A stretch of DNA of 64,000 bases from Gammaproteobacteria bacterium. GTDB taxonomy: Bacteria > Pseudomonadota > Gammaproteobacteria > HyVt-429. The stretch lies in the NCBI GenBank assembly GCA_013152415.1, contig JAADGI010000034.1:13364-77363 (forward strand). The letters are read 5' to 3'. This document shows positions 9,543 through 19,711 of the stretch, one piece after another. Position 1 is the first letter of the stretch. Each line of letters starts with the position of its first letter. The notes under the pieces are model-generated. The model was not told where the DNA came from. It made no database searches and saw only the letters and a list, made by a program, of their open reading frames with translations. Made by a program: the position numbers and the translations under genes.

Positions 9543-11012
9543 TCATGCATCTGACAGAGTAAAAAAGAACATCGCACCCTGGTCTACCTCGGCCTTGGCC
9601 CAGACACGACCACCGTGGCGACGAATAATTCGTGCAGCAACAGCCAGACCAACACCGGTGCCCTCAAACTCGTCTCGTCTGTGCAATCTCTGAAACACAC
9701 TAAATAACTTATTGGAGTAGTCCATATCAAAGCCCACTCCGTTGTCTTTAATAAAGTAAACGACCGGCCCACTGTCTCCACCTAACACACCAAACTCAAT
9801 CGTCGGCAGGCCGACCTTAGCCGTGAATTTCCAGGCATTATCAACCAGGTTCTCAAGCACAATATGCAACAATTTGTAATCTCCCTGGGTACGGATATCA
9901 GGTGCAACCAGAAACTCAACTTTACGCTCCGGATCACTCTGCTGAACCTGCACCACCACATCCTGGACGAGCTTGCTAAGATTAACATCCATTACATTCA
10001 ATTCACTGCGTGTCACCTTCGACAACAGCAACAGACCATCAATGAGCTCACCCATACGCAGGGTGTTTTTACGCACACGATTAAGATAATCTTGTCCGCC
10101 CTCATCCAACTGGGAAGCGTATTCATCGAACAATGCCTGACTGAATCCCTTGATACTTCGCAATGGGGCTCGCAAATCATGAGAAACAGAATAGCTGAAA
10201 TCCTTCAACTCCTTGTTGACCGTCTCCAAATTCTCGGTGTAGTTTCTGACCAGCCTCTCAAGACGCTCCTGGTGTGCCCGTAGCTCCTGCTCGGTTCTAT
10301 CTCGTTGTTCTTCCCGAAGGGTAATATCGTCAAGTATGTCGTTAAATGCATCCACCATCATTCCAAATTCATCTTCACTTTCCTTTTCTGCGCGCACAGA
10401 ATAATCTTTATTATCCGCGATCACTCTAGCCTTGGCCGCCAAATGCACTATTGGTAAAGCTATCAGACGTTGTAACGGCTTTAGTAAAAAGTAAACAAGA
10501 ATGGATATGAAAATGATAATGATGCTGATGATTTTTATATGTTGAATAAACCGGCTATTTAACTCGTCAAGACCCACGCGAACAAAGACAGTACCAATCT
10601 GCCTTTCTTCCAGGCTGACCGGCACAACCAGGTGAAGCTCATTTTTTGTAAATTGGTGCCCAGTATAAACCGGCCTCTCCGGGCAGGTGGCAGACAAATT
10701 GGCCTGGGTATAATTAGCAAAGATGGCCTTGTCAGCAGCATAGAGACATACCCCCAATACGGCGGGCTGGGCACTGAATGCTCTGAGATCTTTGACAGCC
10801 AGACTTTTGTCTTCAAGGAACAATGCCACAGCGCTGCGATCTGCGATCACCCTGGTCAGCACATTGAGCTCTTGCAACATATATTGTTTTGTAGACGAAC
10901 GGTCGTAGACAATAAATACGCTACCCGCCAAAAACAGGCCCATAACCGTGGCCGACATGACGGCCAGTACTACCTTGCTCCGCATGGATCGATTTTTTAA
11001 CAGGTGTGGCAT
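9543..11012 (-). CDS. Sensor histidine kinase (periplasmic sensor, HAMP, HisKA, HATPase)
   Basis: Two TM helices, a HAMP region, H-box SYSVSHDLRAPL, G-boxes DNGVGFD and GTGVGLA. No adjacent response regulator. Confidence 0.85.
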   Translation of the reverse strand: MPHLLKNRSMRSKVVLAVMSATVMGLFLAGSVFIVYDRSSTKQYMLQELNVLTRVIADRSAVALFLEDKSLAVKDLRAFSAQPAVLGVCLYAADKAIFANYTQANLSATCPERPVYTGHQFTKNELHLVVPVSLEERQIGTVFVRVGLDELNSRFIQHIKIISIIIIFISILVYFLLKPLQRLIALPIVHLAAKARVIADNKDYSVRAEKESEDEFGMMVDAFNDILDDITLREEQRDRTEQELRAHQERLERLVRNYTENLETVNKELKDFSYSVSHDLRAPLRSIKGFSQALFDEYASQLDEGGQDYLNRVRKNTLRMGELIDGLLLLSKVTRSELNVMDVNLSKLVQDVVVQVQQSDPERKVEFLVAPDIRTQGDYKLLHIVLENLVDNAWKFTAKVGLPTIEFGVLGGDSGPVVYFIKDNGVGFDMDYSNKLFSVFQRLHRRDEFEGTGVGLAVAARIIRRHGGRVWAKAEVDQGAMFFFTLSDA

Positions 11013-11305
11013 ATGTCCACTCGCTCACCTATCACCCCTGTATCCACTTTTAGAAGTCTGGCGTTCATTTAAAAATTGGCCCGATATGCTGATTTCACGC
11101 TGACCTGAAGGCGAACCCTATTTTTATGCACTACTTTAAGCCTCACTATATCACCGTACCCATAGAAATTTCCCTAAGTTTTAAGACTGGATTAGAAACA
11201 AGGACACAGGTCTGGATATGGCGACTTAGCGCCTTACTGGGCTATACACATTGGCTTGTACACATACAGTCGCAGAAGAACCTGATGACAATCGCCAAAT
11301 CCAGA

Positions 11306-11989
11306 TTAAGTAAGCTGTCTTACCAATTGTTCGTTGACGAAACCGTGCAACACCAGGGTCTGCTGGTCTTCCAGTAACTGGAATTCCAGTCCATATCGAA
11401 ATTCCTGAGGATCGTCTAACTCTGGATCCGGAGATGCAATACAATTTCTGATAACCGCCGGTAAAACCTGGTACTCTTCTATTCCGGCCACTGTTAATTT
11501 GATGTTTACTGTAACCAAATCATCAACCTTGCCCAATGCCTGGAGTGAACTCACGGCAATCCCGGCAGTGCTAATGTCCCGAATTCGGGCCGACTGGTTT
11601 TCGGTATACCCCCCGGCAGAGTCTTCATTGGTGACTGAAACTATGATATCCGTTTGTGCACGGTGCGCCTTGCGCACAATCAGGTGAGCCGATTTAGCAG
11701 GGTAGGCAAGATGCAGATAGGGGTATGGATGCAGGCTGGTTCGCAGCACACTGGTCTCAAATCCATACACGCTATTTCCCGAAAGCAGTCGTGAAACAAA
11801 CAGATGTCCCTCCCGGAAGGACATGGGTACACCATCAAGGCGCGGGGTGGTGACTATAAGACTCCTGTGCTCCAGAAATCCGATGACCTTGACGTAGTAT
11901 CGATCCTCCTCCTGACCGCGGGTACATTGAAGTTGAAGGGCGTCCCCTACGGAAAATTTTAGCTTCTTTTTGCCCATAAACCTACTCAC
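11306..11989 (-). CDS. PilZ-domain c-di-GMP receptor (YcgR-like)
   Basis: 227 aa with RKAHR (RxxxR) and DISTAGIAV (DxSxxG) motifs after a PilZN-like N-domain. Confidence 0.7.
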   Translation of the reverse strand: MSRFMGKKKLKFSVGDALQLQCTRGQEEDRYYVKVIGFLEHRSLIVTTPRLDGVPMSFREGHLFVSRLLSGNSVYGFETSVLRTSLHPYPYLHLAYPAKSAHLIVRKAHRAQTDIIVSVTNEDSAGGYTENQSARIRDISTAGIAVSSLQALGKVDDLVTVNIKLTVAGIEEYQVLPAVIRNCIASPDPELDDPQEFRYGLEFQLLEDQQTLVLHGFVNEQLVRQLT

Positions 11990-12135
11990 CTCATGCCATG
12001 TGTATGGTCAAAACCAATGACTCACTTGCCAGGGGTAATTGTAGGCCAAATACAGTACAGTTGCCGTAATGAACATTACCCACTATCTTGTCCCCACCAA
12101 CCCAAAGGTAGCAACTCCAAATTAACTGGTTTCCT

Positions 12136-13335
12136 ATGACCACAACCCAAACCAGACACAGTCCCCACGCTACAGCACGGTGGCTACTGTTAGCTCTTGC
12201 TATCGCATTATTAGGTGGTTGTGTCTATTTGTCTCCTAAACCCGTCGGCATCGGCCCCACACTTTCCTATTCGAAGCTCCCCGGCTGGATGGAAGATCGG
12301 CATGCCGAGGCTTGGCCGGCACTGCTGCAAAGTTGCCACAAAAAGCCAAAAAAAGACCCGCGCTGGTCGGTGCTATGCGAGCAGGCCTTTAGTATGGATC
12401 AACCCAGCGATGTGGCGGCACGAGAGTTTTTTGAATACTGGTTCAGACCCCATCGGGTGTTGGGGAGTTGGGGCCGCCGGCGTGGACTCATCACCGGCTA
12501 TTATGAGCCCCTGCTTAAGGGCAGCATGAGCGCCTCTGCGGATTACCCCGTCGCCCTGTACCGGCGTCCACCCGAATTACTCACGGTGGACCTGGCCGAG
12601 CTATACCCGGAACTGGCCGGCAAACGGGTGCGAGCTCGCGTCGAAGGACAAAAGGTCATCCCCTATTACGACCGCAAACAAATTGATGGAACCGACAACC
12701 CCCTGTCGGGCAATGAGCTGATATGGGTGGACGACCCAGTGGCGGCCTTTTTTCTTCACATTCAAGGTTCAGGCCGGATTCAACTGCCAAATGGTGAACG
12801 GGTGGCTGTGGGCTATGCCGATCAAAATGGCCATCCCTACTCGTCACTGGGGCGCACCCTGGTCAAACAGGGCAAGATGAAACTGGAGGAGGTCAATCTA
12901 TTCAGTCTGCGCGCATGGCTCGAAGATCATCCCGACCAGATTACCGACATGCTCAACACCAACGCCAGTTATGTCTTCTTTAAGTTGCGAGACGTCCCTG
13001 CTGGGGGGCCTATCGGTTCCCTGAATGTGCCCCTGACCGCAGAACGCAGCCTGGCCGTTGATCGCTCCGTCATCCCCTTGGGCCTGCCAGTGTGGTTGGA
13101 GACCACCACACCGGATGAGCACCCACAACCCTATCGGCGACTGGTCATGGCCCAGGACACCGGTGGTGCCATTCGAGGTGCCATCCGTGCCGATCTTTTT
13201 TGGGGCAGTGGGGAGCGTGCCGAACGTATGGCGGGTAACATGAAACAGGTGGGGCGACTTTATGTATTAGTCCCCATCGATCCCAACAGAGTATCAATAC
13301 GCCATGACCACGAAGACGAACCTCCCGGAAATTAA
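12136..13335 (+). CDS. mltA: Membrane-bound lytic murein transglycosylase A
   Basis: Lipoprotein signal (LLGGC), MltA-specific domain (ITGYYEP) and 3D domain (AQDTGGAIRG..RADLFWG). Confidence 0.9.
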   Translation: MTTTQTRHSPHATARWLLLALAIALLGGCVYLSPKPVGIGPTLSYSKLPGWMEDRHAEAWPALLQSCHKKPKKDPRWSVLCEQAFSMDQPSDVAAREFFEYWFRPHRVLGSWGRRRGLITGYYEPLLKGSMSASADYPVALYRRPPELLTVDLAELYPELAGKRVRARVEGQKVIPYYDRKQIDGTDNPLSGNELIWVDDPVAAFFLHIQGSGRIQLPNGERVAVGYADQNGHPYSSLGRTLVKQGKMKLEEVNLFSLRAWLEDHPDQITDMLNTNASYVFFKLRDVPAGGPIGSLNVPLTAERSLAVDRSVIPLGLPVWLETTTPDEHPQPYRRLVMAQDTGGAIRGAIRADLFWGSGERAERMAGNMKQVGRLYVLVPIDPNRVSIRHDHEDEPPGN

Positions 13336-13666
13336 ACCCTACCCAAGCAAAGATGGGTCGCTCATTCGAGAACTCATGCACCCAAACCAACATAGCGTCC
13401 AGCAGCAGAGCCTGGCTGAGGCCATTGTCCCTGCGGGTGCCACCACAGCATTGCACCGCCACCGCGAAAGCGAGGAGATCTACCATATCCTGTCCGGAAG
13501 TGGGCACATGAGCCTGGGCGACGATGCGTTTAATGTCGGTCCCGGTGATAGTGTGTGCATTCCACCTGGCACGGCCCATTGCCTGCGTAATACCGGCACC
13601 CAAGAGCTTCGACTGCTGTGTTGTTGTGCGCCGGCCTATTCCCACAACGATACTGAGATTCTCTAG
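13304..13666 (+). CDS. Cupin-domain protein
   Basis: 120 aa with cupin motifs HRHRESEEIYHILSG and PPGTAHCLRN. Confidence 0.65.
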   Translation: MTTKTNLPEIKPYPSKDGSLIRELMHPNQHSVQQQSLAEAIVPAGATTALHRHRESEEIYHILSGSGHMSLGDDAFNVGPGDSVCIPPGTAHCLRNTGTQELRLLCCCAPAYSHNDTEIL

Positions 13667-13704
13667 TGCAGAGTAGTCTTGTGCAGAATGAACGGATCTT
13701 ACCT

Positions 13705-13734
13705 CTGCTTCCCACGCTCCCGCGTGGGAAGCAG
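13705..13734. terminator. 13-bp perfect stem-loop between convergent genes (candidate bidirectional terminator or REP-like element)
   Basis: CTGCTTCCCACGC-tccc-GCGTGGGAAGCAG lies between the cupin stop (13666) and the rnd stop (13774). No clear T-run. Confidence 0.45.
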
Positions 13735-13773
13735 GTGCTTCATGGTTGGGAAACCCGGATAGACCCAAAAAAC

Positions 13774-14871
13774 CTATTGCTCTTCCACCATGGCCAATAA
13801 CTTTCCACCAATCTCCTCTCGCCGCCACCCTTGAAGTACTTTTAATTCTCGCTCGCCCTGGACCATACGTCCCAAATCCTGTTTGTTACACAGGAGCGCA
13901 GGGCTCAGCCCTTTGGTATCTGCATAATCGTGCACCGCCGCAGCCAAGGCCTTGACCCATTTCTTTTGCGCATCGGTCGGTTTGATGGGGTTGTCCCACA
14001 ACGCCTGTGGGGGCTGATTCTGACCCTGGTGCAGGGCCTCTAGCAATGACGAACCCCAACGTCTCAGCATCCCCGGTTTGAGTTCATCCCAATCCTTTAG
14101 CGCGGCCTCATCCGCCGGTGGGTTGCTGGCCAACTCGAACAACAGCTTGTCCTTGATCACCCAGCTTCGGGGCAAATCCGCCTGTTGGGCACATCGTTCG
14201 CGCCACGCGGTTAAGGCCTTAAGGACTTGTTGCTTGGCGGGGGTCAGGCTGCCGCCACGCTTTATCCGCAGATAGGCCCTGTCAGGATCATTGCGGTACA
14301 AATCCGGGTCCAACAGCCCTGGTGTTTCCTCATCAAGCCAGTGAAGCCGACCTAATTCCCGTAGGCGATCATTCAGTTTTTGATACAGAGCAGGCAAGTA
14401 TCTAACATCATCTTCGGCATAACGAATCTGCTCTGCCGATAGGGGCCGTCGACACCAATCGGTACGGGTGTGGGCCTTATCCAGGCGGACATCAACGAGA
14501 CGCTCCACCAAAGCACCATAACCGATCTGATCGCCCAATCCCGCCAAGCCTGCCGCTAACTGGGTATCGAATAGCGGTGCCGGCAGGGCACCACGCAGAT
14601 TATAGAACAACTCCAGATCCTGCCGTGCGGAATGCAGGATCTTGAGCCGTGTGGGCTCATATATCACATCCAACAAGGGCCCTAAGTCCTTCAGGGCCAC
14701 AGGGTCCACGCAGGCAACGCCTTCGTCAGTTGCCAACTGCAGCAGACAGAATGCAGGGTAGTATGTGCTCTCCCGCTTAAACTCGGTATCCAGGACGACC
14801 CACTCTTTGTCCGCGAGCCTGGCTATAAGCTGATCCAGAGACTGCGAATCTTGTATCACTTTGGTAAACAT
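13774..14871 (-). CDS. rnd: Ribonuclease D
   Basis: DEDDy exonuclease motifs (VVLDTEF, HSARQDLE, YAEDDVRYL) plus an HRDC region. Confidence 0.9.
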   Translation of the reverse strand: MFTKVIQDSQSLDQLIARLADKEWVVLDTEFKRESTYYPAFCLLQLATDEGVACVDPVALKDLGPLLDVIYEPTRLKILHSARQDLELFYNLRGALPAPLFDTQLAAGLAGLGDQIGYGALVERLVDVRLDKAHTRTDWCRRPLSAEQIRYAEDDVRYLPALYQKLNDRLRELGRLHWLDEETPGLLDPDLYRNDPDRAYLRIKRGGSLTPAKQQVLKALTAWRERCAQQADLPRSWVIKDKLLFELASNPPADEAALKDWDELKPGMLRRWGSSLLEALHQGQNQPPQALWDNPIKPTDAQKKWVKALAAAVHDYADTKGLSPALLCNKQDLGRMVQGERELKVLQGWRREEIGGKLLAMVEEQ

Positions 14872-15042
14872 AGATAACGAGTGTACGCGTTATCTACTCA
14901 GGGCCCAACTGGTATGTGCTAACAAGGGTACGCGGCCGGGGTGGATAGCTGATGGACAACAGATCGGCTATCATGCCGGAATCAGTCTGTTGACAGTGGC
15001 TATGCAAGACCCAAAGTACAACACCAAACCTGGGGCAACTCG

Positions 15043-15597
15043 TTGACTCCCTTAGATCTGCGGCCTTGGCAGTTTTATGCCCTCTATCTGCTTGTGTCAG
15101 GCATGACGGTACTCGTGGCGGCCTGTAACCAGAAGCCCTCCCAGGCTGAGGCTCAAGCGGTGGAGGTGGTTAAACTCATTGTTAGCGAGCCTGATAATAC
15201 AAGTAAACTGGATACACTATCCCATGGTCGTGCCGCCTCTATAGTTGAGGAGATACAAAATGATTTACCATCAAAAATCGCTGTTGAGTTCATGCAGGCA
15301 CGCCAACAACAAGGCATCCCTACTCACTTCGAGGCCTCAACCCAGAAAAATGATAACCCGCTTGAAAAGCACATTGTGGTTAGCGTCATTCAAGGCAAGT
15401 CCTTCCCATCCAAAAATATTCAAGCGCATTTTCTGGTGCTGATGCAAAAAGAATTCAACCAAGACTGGTCCGTAACCGGCATCTCTCTTCACGCCCACAC
15501 TTCAGACCTGGATGGCAGGCCAAACGAAAGCAACAACAAAGAACATAGCCGCTTTACAAGCTTACCCCCCTCAACACCGGATCACCCTAAACCATGA
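15043..15597 (+). CDS. Hypothetical lipoprotein
   Basis: TTG start and lipobox LVAAC. Its stop overlaps the next start (ATGA). Confidence 0.45.
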   Translation: MTPLDLRPWQFYALYLLVSGMTVLVAACNQKPSQAEAQAVEVVKLIVSEPDNTSKLDTLSHGRAASIVEEIQNDLPSKIAVEFMQARQQQGIPTHFEASTQKNDNPLEKHIVVSVIQGKSFPSKNIQAHFLVLMQKEFNQDWSVTGISLHAHTSDLDGRPNESNNKEHSRFTSLPPSTPDHPKP

Positions 15598-16100
15598 AAT
15601 CCCTGATCATGCAATTCGTCACCATTTGCTTTTTCAGAACCAACCCACAGGACCTGCCCACTTCGCGGGTGTTGCTGGGGCTGACTGCCTTTGCCGCACT
15701 ATTCACCAGCATACGGTCCACCGTTGAGTTACCGAATGCCCTGCTCATAGCCAGCTTCCATCTCTTTCTCATGGGACTCTTTATACACACCGCGCTCCTG
15801 TTCCGCCGCCGTACTGCCCGTTGGTCGCAAACTACGTCGGCCGTCTTTGGCATCACTGCAGTAATCAACCTCGTCACCTGGCCGTTTATCCCCTGGATGG
15901 AACACACCCAAGACACTCCCCAGGGTGCCATCCCGGCACTGATCGGTGTCTTTCTGACTATCTGGTACATCGCCATTTTGGCGCACATCCTTCGGCATGC
16001 CCTGGATATTCGAGGCGTAACGAGTATTTGGGTCAGCGTTGCTTGCGTATCTGTTCTTATCATTGCAACCCTTGCCATCACATCGTTGGCGACTACTTAG
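15594..16100 (+). CDS. Hypothetical inner-membrane protein (4-5 TM helices)
   Basis: Hydrophobic 168-aa ORF. Its start overlaps the upstream stop, and its stop abuts the mpl ATG at 16101. Competing ORFs in other frames look compositional. Confidence 0.55.
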   Translation: MKSLIMQFVTICFFRTNPQDLPTSRVLLGLTAFAALFTSIRSTVELPNALLIASFHLFLMGLFIHTALLFRRRTARWSQTTSAVFGITAVINLVTWPFIPWMEHTQDTPQGAIPALIGVFLTIWYIAILAHILRHALDIRGVTSIWVSVACVSVLIIATLAITSLATT

Positions 16101-17486
16101 ATGCATATCCATATCGCAGGTATTTGTGGCACATTTATGGGGGGGCTGGCACTTATCGCCAGACAACTCGGCCACCGGGTCACCGGTTCGGACCAGGGTG
16201 TCTACCCGCCTATGAGCACACAACTCAGCACACAAGGCATTGGCTTACACGAAGGCTACGGGGCTCACCAGCTTGAACCCAAACCCGACCTGGTTATCAT
16301 TGGCAACAGCCTGTCACGGGGTAATACCCTGGTTGAGGCAGTATTAGATCAAGACATCGCCTATATATCGGGACCTCAATGGTTGGCAGAGCATGTGTTG
16401 GCAGACCGCTGGGCACTCGCTGTAGCGGGCACCCACGGCAAGACCACCACGGCGAGCCTGCTGGCCTGGATATTGGAATATGCCGGTCTGTCACCAGGGT
16501 TTCTCATTGGTGGTGTAGCGACCAATTTTGGCCTCTCCGCCCGGCTGGGTAAATCACCCTTTTTTATCATTGAGGCCGATGAGTACGACACCGCCTTTTT
16601 TGACAAAAGATCAAAATTTATCCATTACCACCCACGGACAGCCATATTGAATAACCTGGAATTTGATCACGCCGACATCTTTGCCGACCTTGATGCGATC
16701 AAGCAGCAGTTTCACTATTTTATCCGCACCATCCCCGGCAACGGGCGGCTCATTGTCAACGCCAGCGATCCCAACCTGGGCCAGGTCCTGGAACGGGGGC
16801 TGTGGACTGAGACTGAAAACTTTTGTGCTGCAGACCAAAACCCGGTCACCGGGATACCCCCCGGACCGGGCTGGCAGTACCAACTCGATAAGCCCGATGG
16901 CAGCCAATTCTCCCTACTGTTAGACGGGACAATCCAGGGTCAGACCCATTGGCCCTGGATTGGTGATTTCAATGTCAGCAATGCCACCGCAGCCATCGCC
17001 GCTGCACGTCATGCGGGGGTACCGGTAGGCCACGCACTTGAGGCTCTACAGTCCTTTCGGCCAGTAAAACGCCGCATGGAAATCCGCGGCAAAGTGAAAG
17101 GGATTACCGTCTACGACGACTTTGCCCACCACCCCACCGCTATTCGTCTAAGCCTCCAAGCGCTGAGACAGGCCCACCGTGACCGCAGAATTATTGCTGT
17201 GCTTGAACCCCGTTCCAACAGTATGCGCATGGGTGTACATCAACATGAGCTTGCTGCGGCACTGAACACAGCCGATCAGGTCATTGTATTTCAATCGCCA
17301 GGCCTGGACTGGGACCCGTCCACAATCAGCGAACAAATCGGCACCAGCGCCCGTGTCTGTGACAGCATCAATGGTATCGTTGAACACCTGAGCAAAGAAC
17401 TGGGCAATGGTGACCGGGTTATCATTATGAGCAACGGTGCCTTTGGCGGTATCCACGAAAAGCTTTTGGAGCGACTCAACAAATGA
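16101..17486 (+). CDS. mpl: UDP-N-acetylmuramate:L-alanyl-gamma-D-glutamyl-meso-DAP ligase
   Basis: MHIHIAGICGTFMGGLALIARQLGH N-terminus and the Mur ligase P-loop GTHGKTTT. Confidence 0.9.
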   Translation: MHIHIAGICGTFMGGLALIARQLGHRVTGSDQGVYPPMSTQLSTQGIGLHEGYGAHQLEPKPDLVIIGNSLSRGNTLVEAVLDQDIAYISGPQWLAEHVLADRWALAVAGTHGKTTTASLLAWILEYAGLSPGFLIGGVATNFGLSARLGKSPFFIIEADEYDTAFFDKRSKFIHYHPRTAILNNLEFDHADIFADLDAIKQQFHYFIRTIPGNGRLIVNASDPNLGQVLERGLWTETENFCAADQNPVTGIPPGPGWQYQLDKPDGSQFSLLLDGTIQGQTHWPWIGDFNVSNATAAIAAARHAGVPVGHALEALQSFRPVKRRMEIRGKVKGITVYDDFAHHPTAIRLSLQALRQAHRDRRIIAVLEPRSNSMRMGVHQHELAAALNTADQVIVFQSPGLDWDPSTISEQIGTSARVCDSINGIVEHLSKELGNGDRVIIMSNGAFGGIHEKLLERLNK

Positions 17487-18118
17487 AACCCAACACTGTA
17501 TCCCTCGCCATGACCGGGGCCTCAGGTGCCGCATATGGTTTGCGCCTACTGGAATGCTTGCTGCAATATAAGATTAAAGTTTACTTGATGTTAAGCGTAC
17601 CGGCCCAGATTGTTATCGCTCAGGAAACCGACCTCAAACTTCCGGGCCAAGCCCAGGAAATCGCCCGATATCTCTGCCAGCGTTACAACGCCGACCTGGA
17701 TTTGCTCCAGGTCTTTGGACCCAAACAATGGTTCTCACCTCCGGCCAGTGGCAGCAGTGTGGCCGACGCCATGGTGGTCTGCCCCTGTACCGGCGGCACC
17801 CTGTCGGCCATTGCCACCGGTGCCAGCGATAATCTGCTGGAGCGTGCCGCAGATGTCACCATCAAGGAGCGGCGGCCCTTGTTATTATTGATTCGGGAGA
17901 TGCCCTTTTCTGCCATCCATCTCGAAAATATGCTTAAACTTGCCCGCCTTGGTGTCAGTATTATGCCAGCTTCCCCAGGACTCTATCACCGACCCCAGTC
18001 CGTGGCTCAAATAATCGACTTTGTGGTGGCAAGAATGCTGGACCAGCTACACATAGCCCACAAACTACTGCCGCGTTGGATGGAAGATGACAGCCCCAAC
18101 ACCCACACTACAACATAA
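17483..18118 (+). CDS. ubiX: Flavin prenyltransferase UbiX
   Basis: LAMTGASGAAYGLRLLE flavoprotein motif. ATGA overlap with mpl. Confidence 0.9.
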   Translation: MKPNTVSLAMTGASGAAYGLRLLECLLQYKIKVYLMLSVPAQIVIAQETDLKLPGQAQEIARYLCQRYNADLDLLQVFGPKQWFSPPASGSSVADAMVVCPCTGGTLSAIATGASDNLLERAADVTIKERRPLLLLIREMPFSAIHLENMLKLARLGVSIMPASPGLYHRPQSVAQIIDFVVARMLDQLHIAHKLLPRWMEDDSPNTHTTT

Positions 18119-18217
18119 TGGGTTGCTCGAGTTGCAATTGCTGTGGTCTTTACCTAATCTCACAGAGAGCAACAACTATTCCAGGAAATCATTCACTCGT
18201 ACACAAGGCCAATCAAT

Positions 18218-18862
18218 ATGAAAATATTTCAATCGTTTAAAATACTGCCCCTTGGGATGCTGGTCAGCTTGCTTGCAATCGCACCTGCATGGGCAGCCGA
18301 ATTCACCAAAGGCCAACATTATGTCGTACTCTCCCAGCCCCAACCCGTCGATGATGAGAAAAAGATTGAAGTCAGGGAACTGTTTTGGTACGGCTGCTCA
18401 CACTGCTTCAACCTGGAACCCATATTAAACGCATGGCTAAAAAAGAAACCCAAGGACGTTGCCTTTGTCAGAACACCCGCGGTGTTAAGCAAAGCTTGGG
18501 CGCCCCATGCACGGGCCTTCTATACCTTTGAGGCACTGGGTGTTACCGACCAAGTCCATGGTAAACTTTTTGATGCCATTCATCTGAGCAGGCAACGCCT
18601 GGACAATCTCAATTCACTTACAGGTTTCGCCGTAAAAAATGGCATTGATCGTCAGAAATTTATCGAGACGTACAAATCATTCGGCGTAGACAGCGCATTC
18701 AGGAAGGCGCAAATTATCGGCCGAAATTATGAAGCAGACGGTGTGCCTACTATTATTGTAGACGGCAGATACCGCTCAACAGCATCGATGGCAGGCTCCC
18801 ACGAGACACTCATGAAAGTTGTTGATTTTCTTGTTAAGAAAATCAGGGCATCGAAGAAGTGA
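18218..18862 (+). CDS. dsbA: Thiol:disulfide interchange protein DsbA
   Basis: Signal peptide and WYGCSHCFNLEP active site. Confidence 0.9.
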   Translation: MKIFQSFKILPLGMLVSLLAIAPAWAAEFTKGQHYVVLSQPQPVDDEKKIEVRELFWYGCSHCFNLEPILNAWLKKKPKDVAFVRTPAVLSKAWAPHARAFYTFEALGVTDQVHGKLFDAIHLSRQRLDNLNSLTGFAVKNGIDRQKFIETYKSFGVDSAFRKAQIIGRNYEADGVPTIIVDGRYRSTASMAGSHETLMKVVDFLVKKIRASKK

Positions 18863-18878
18863 CTGACCTACAACAAGG

Positions 18879-19703
18879 TTGCCAACTCCATCTATGTCCC
18901 TAGTCGATAAAGTCTTTCGCCGCACTGGCTGTGCTTATTTACTCATGGATACTACACATGTGGTCCGTGAGGCTAGCGCCGATATTGGCCAGTTAGTCCC
19001 CTATGCAGGTGCTGAACTTTTGGGACGCAAACTCTTTGATGCCTACCCAGAATTTAAACCCTATGAGGATCAGCTTAAAAAACTGGATCAGGATGCAGGC
19101 CATATTGCCCGTTTTCGTATCAAGCGGGCGGACAACCACTTCTACATGGTGTCCACGCAACGCGTGTCCTCAGAAGACCCACAATTGCTCGTTTTGTTTA
19201 AAGAGGTATCCACACTCGTCTTGCGAACTGAAATTATGGGGCGGCGAATTCGAGAATTAGAATCACGCTGTTTGCAATTAGAAAAAACTGCACTCACCAA
19301 AGAAATAAAACACGAAGAACAATACGACACCGACACAGGTCTTTACAAATTTGATCGTATGATAGAAAGGCTGGTTGCAGAAGAGGGCTTTAGCCGACAC
19401 TGGCACTCCCCTCTTTCAGTTATTAACATCAAGTTCCCCAGCAACACGACTCAAGTCAATACTGAGGCGGCTATTGATGCTATCGGATTTAATCTACGGG
19501 CCGGGGACATATTCGGCATGGGAGAATCCGGAGATCTGCTGCTCATCCTCCCTCACACCGATATTGCGGGTGCAGACGAACTCCTGGTGCGCCTGAGCGA
19601 ACTTCCTGAATGCACCACACTTCCCGGTATAGAAATCCACAGTTCTACCCTGAATCTTGATGGGAATGATACCGCCTTAAAGGTTTTTGAACGAGCCAAA
19701 TAA
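18879..19703 (+). CDS. Signalling protein with a degenerate GGDEF-like C-terminal domain
   Basis: C-terminal block DTDTGLYKFDR...GMGESGDLLLILP aligns with GGDEF domains, but the GGDEF motif reads ESGDL. Confidence 0.45.
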   Translation: MPTPSMSLVDKVFRRTGCAYLLMDTTHVVREASADIGQLVPYAGAELLGRKLFDAYPEFKPYEDQLKKLDQDAGHIARFRIKRADNHFYMVSTQRVSSEDPQLLVLFKEVSTLVLRTEIMGRRIRELESRCLQLEKTALTKEIKHEEQYDTDTGLYKFDRMIERLVAEEGFSRHWHSPLSVINIKFPSNTTQVNTEAAIDAIGFNLRAGDIFGMGESGDLLLILPHTDIAGADELLVRLSELPECTTLPGIEIHSSTLNLDGNDTALKVFERAK

Positions 19704-19711
19704 CAACATAT

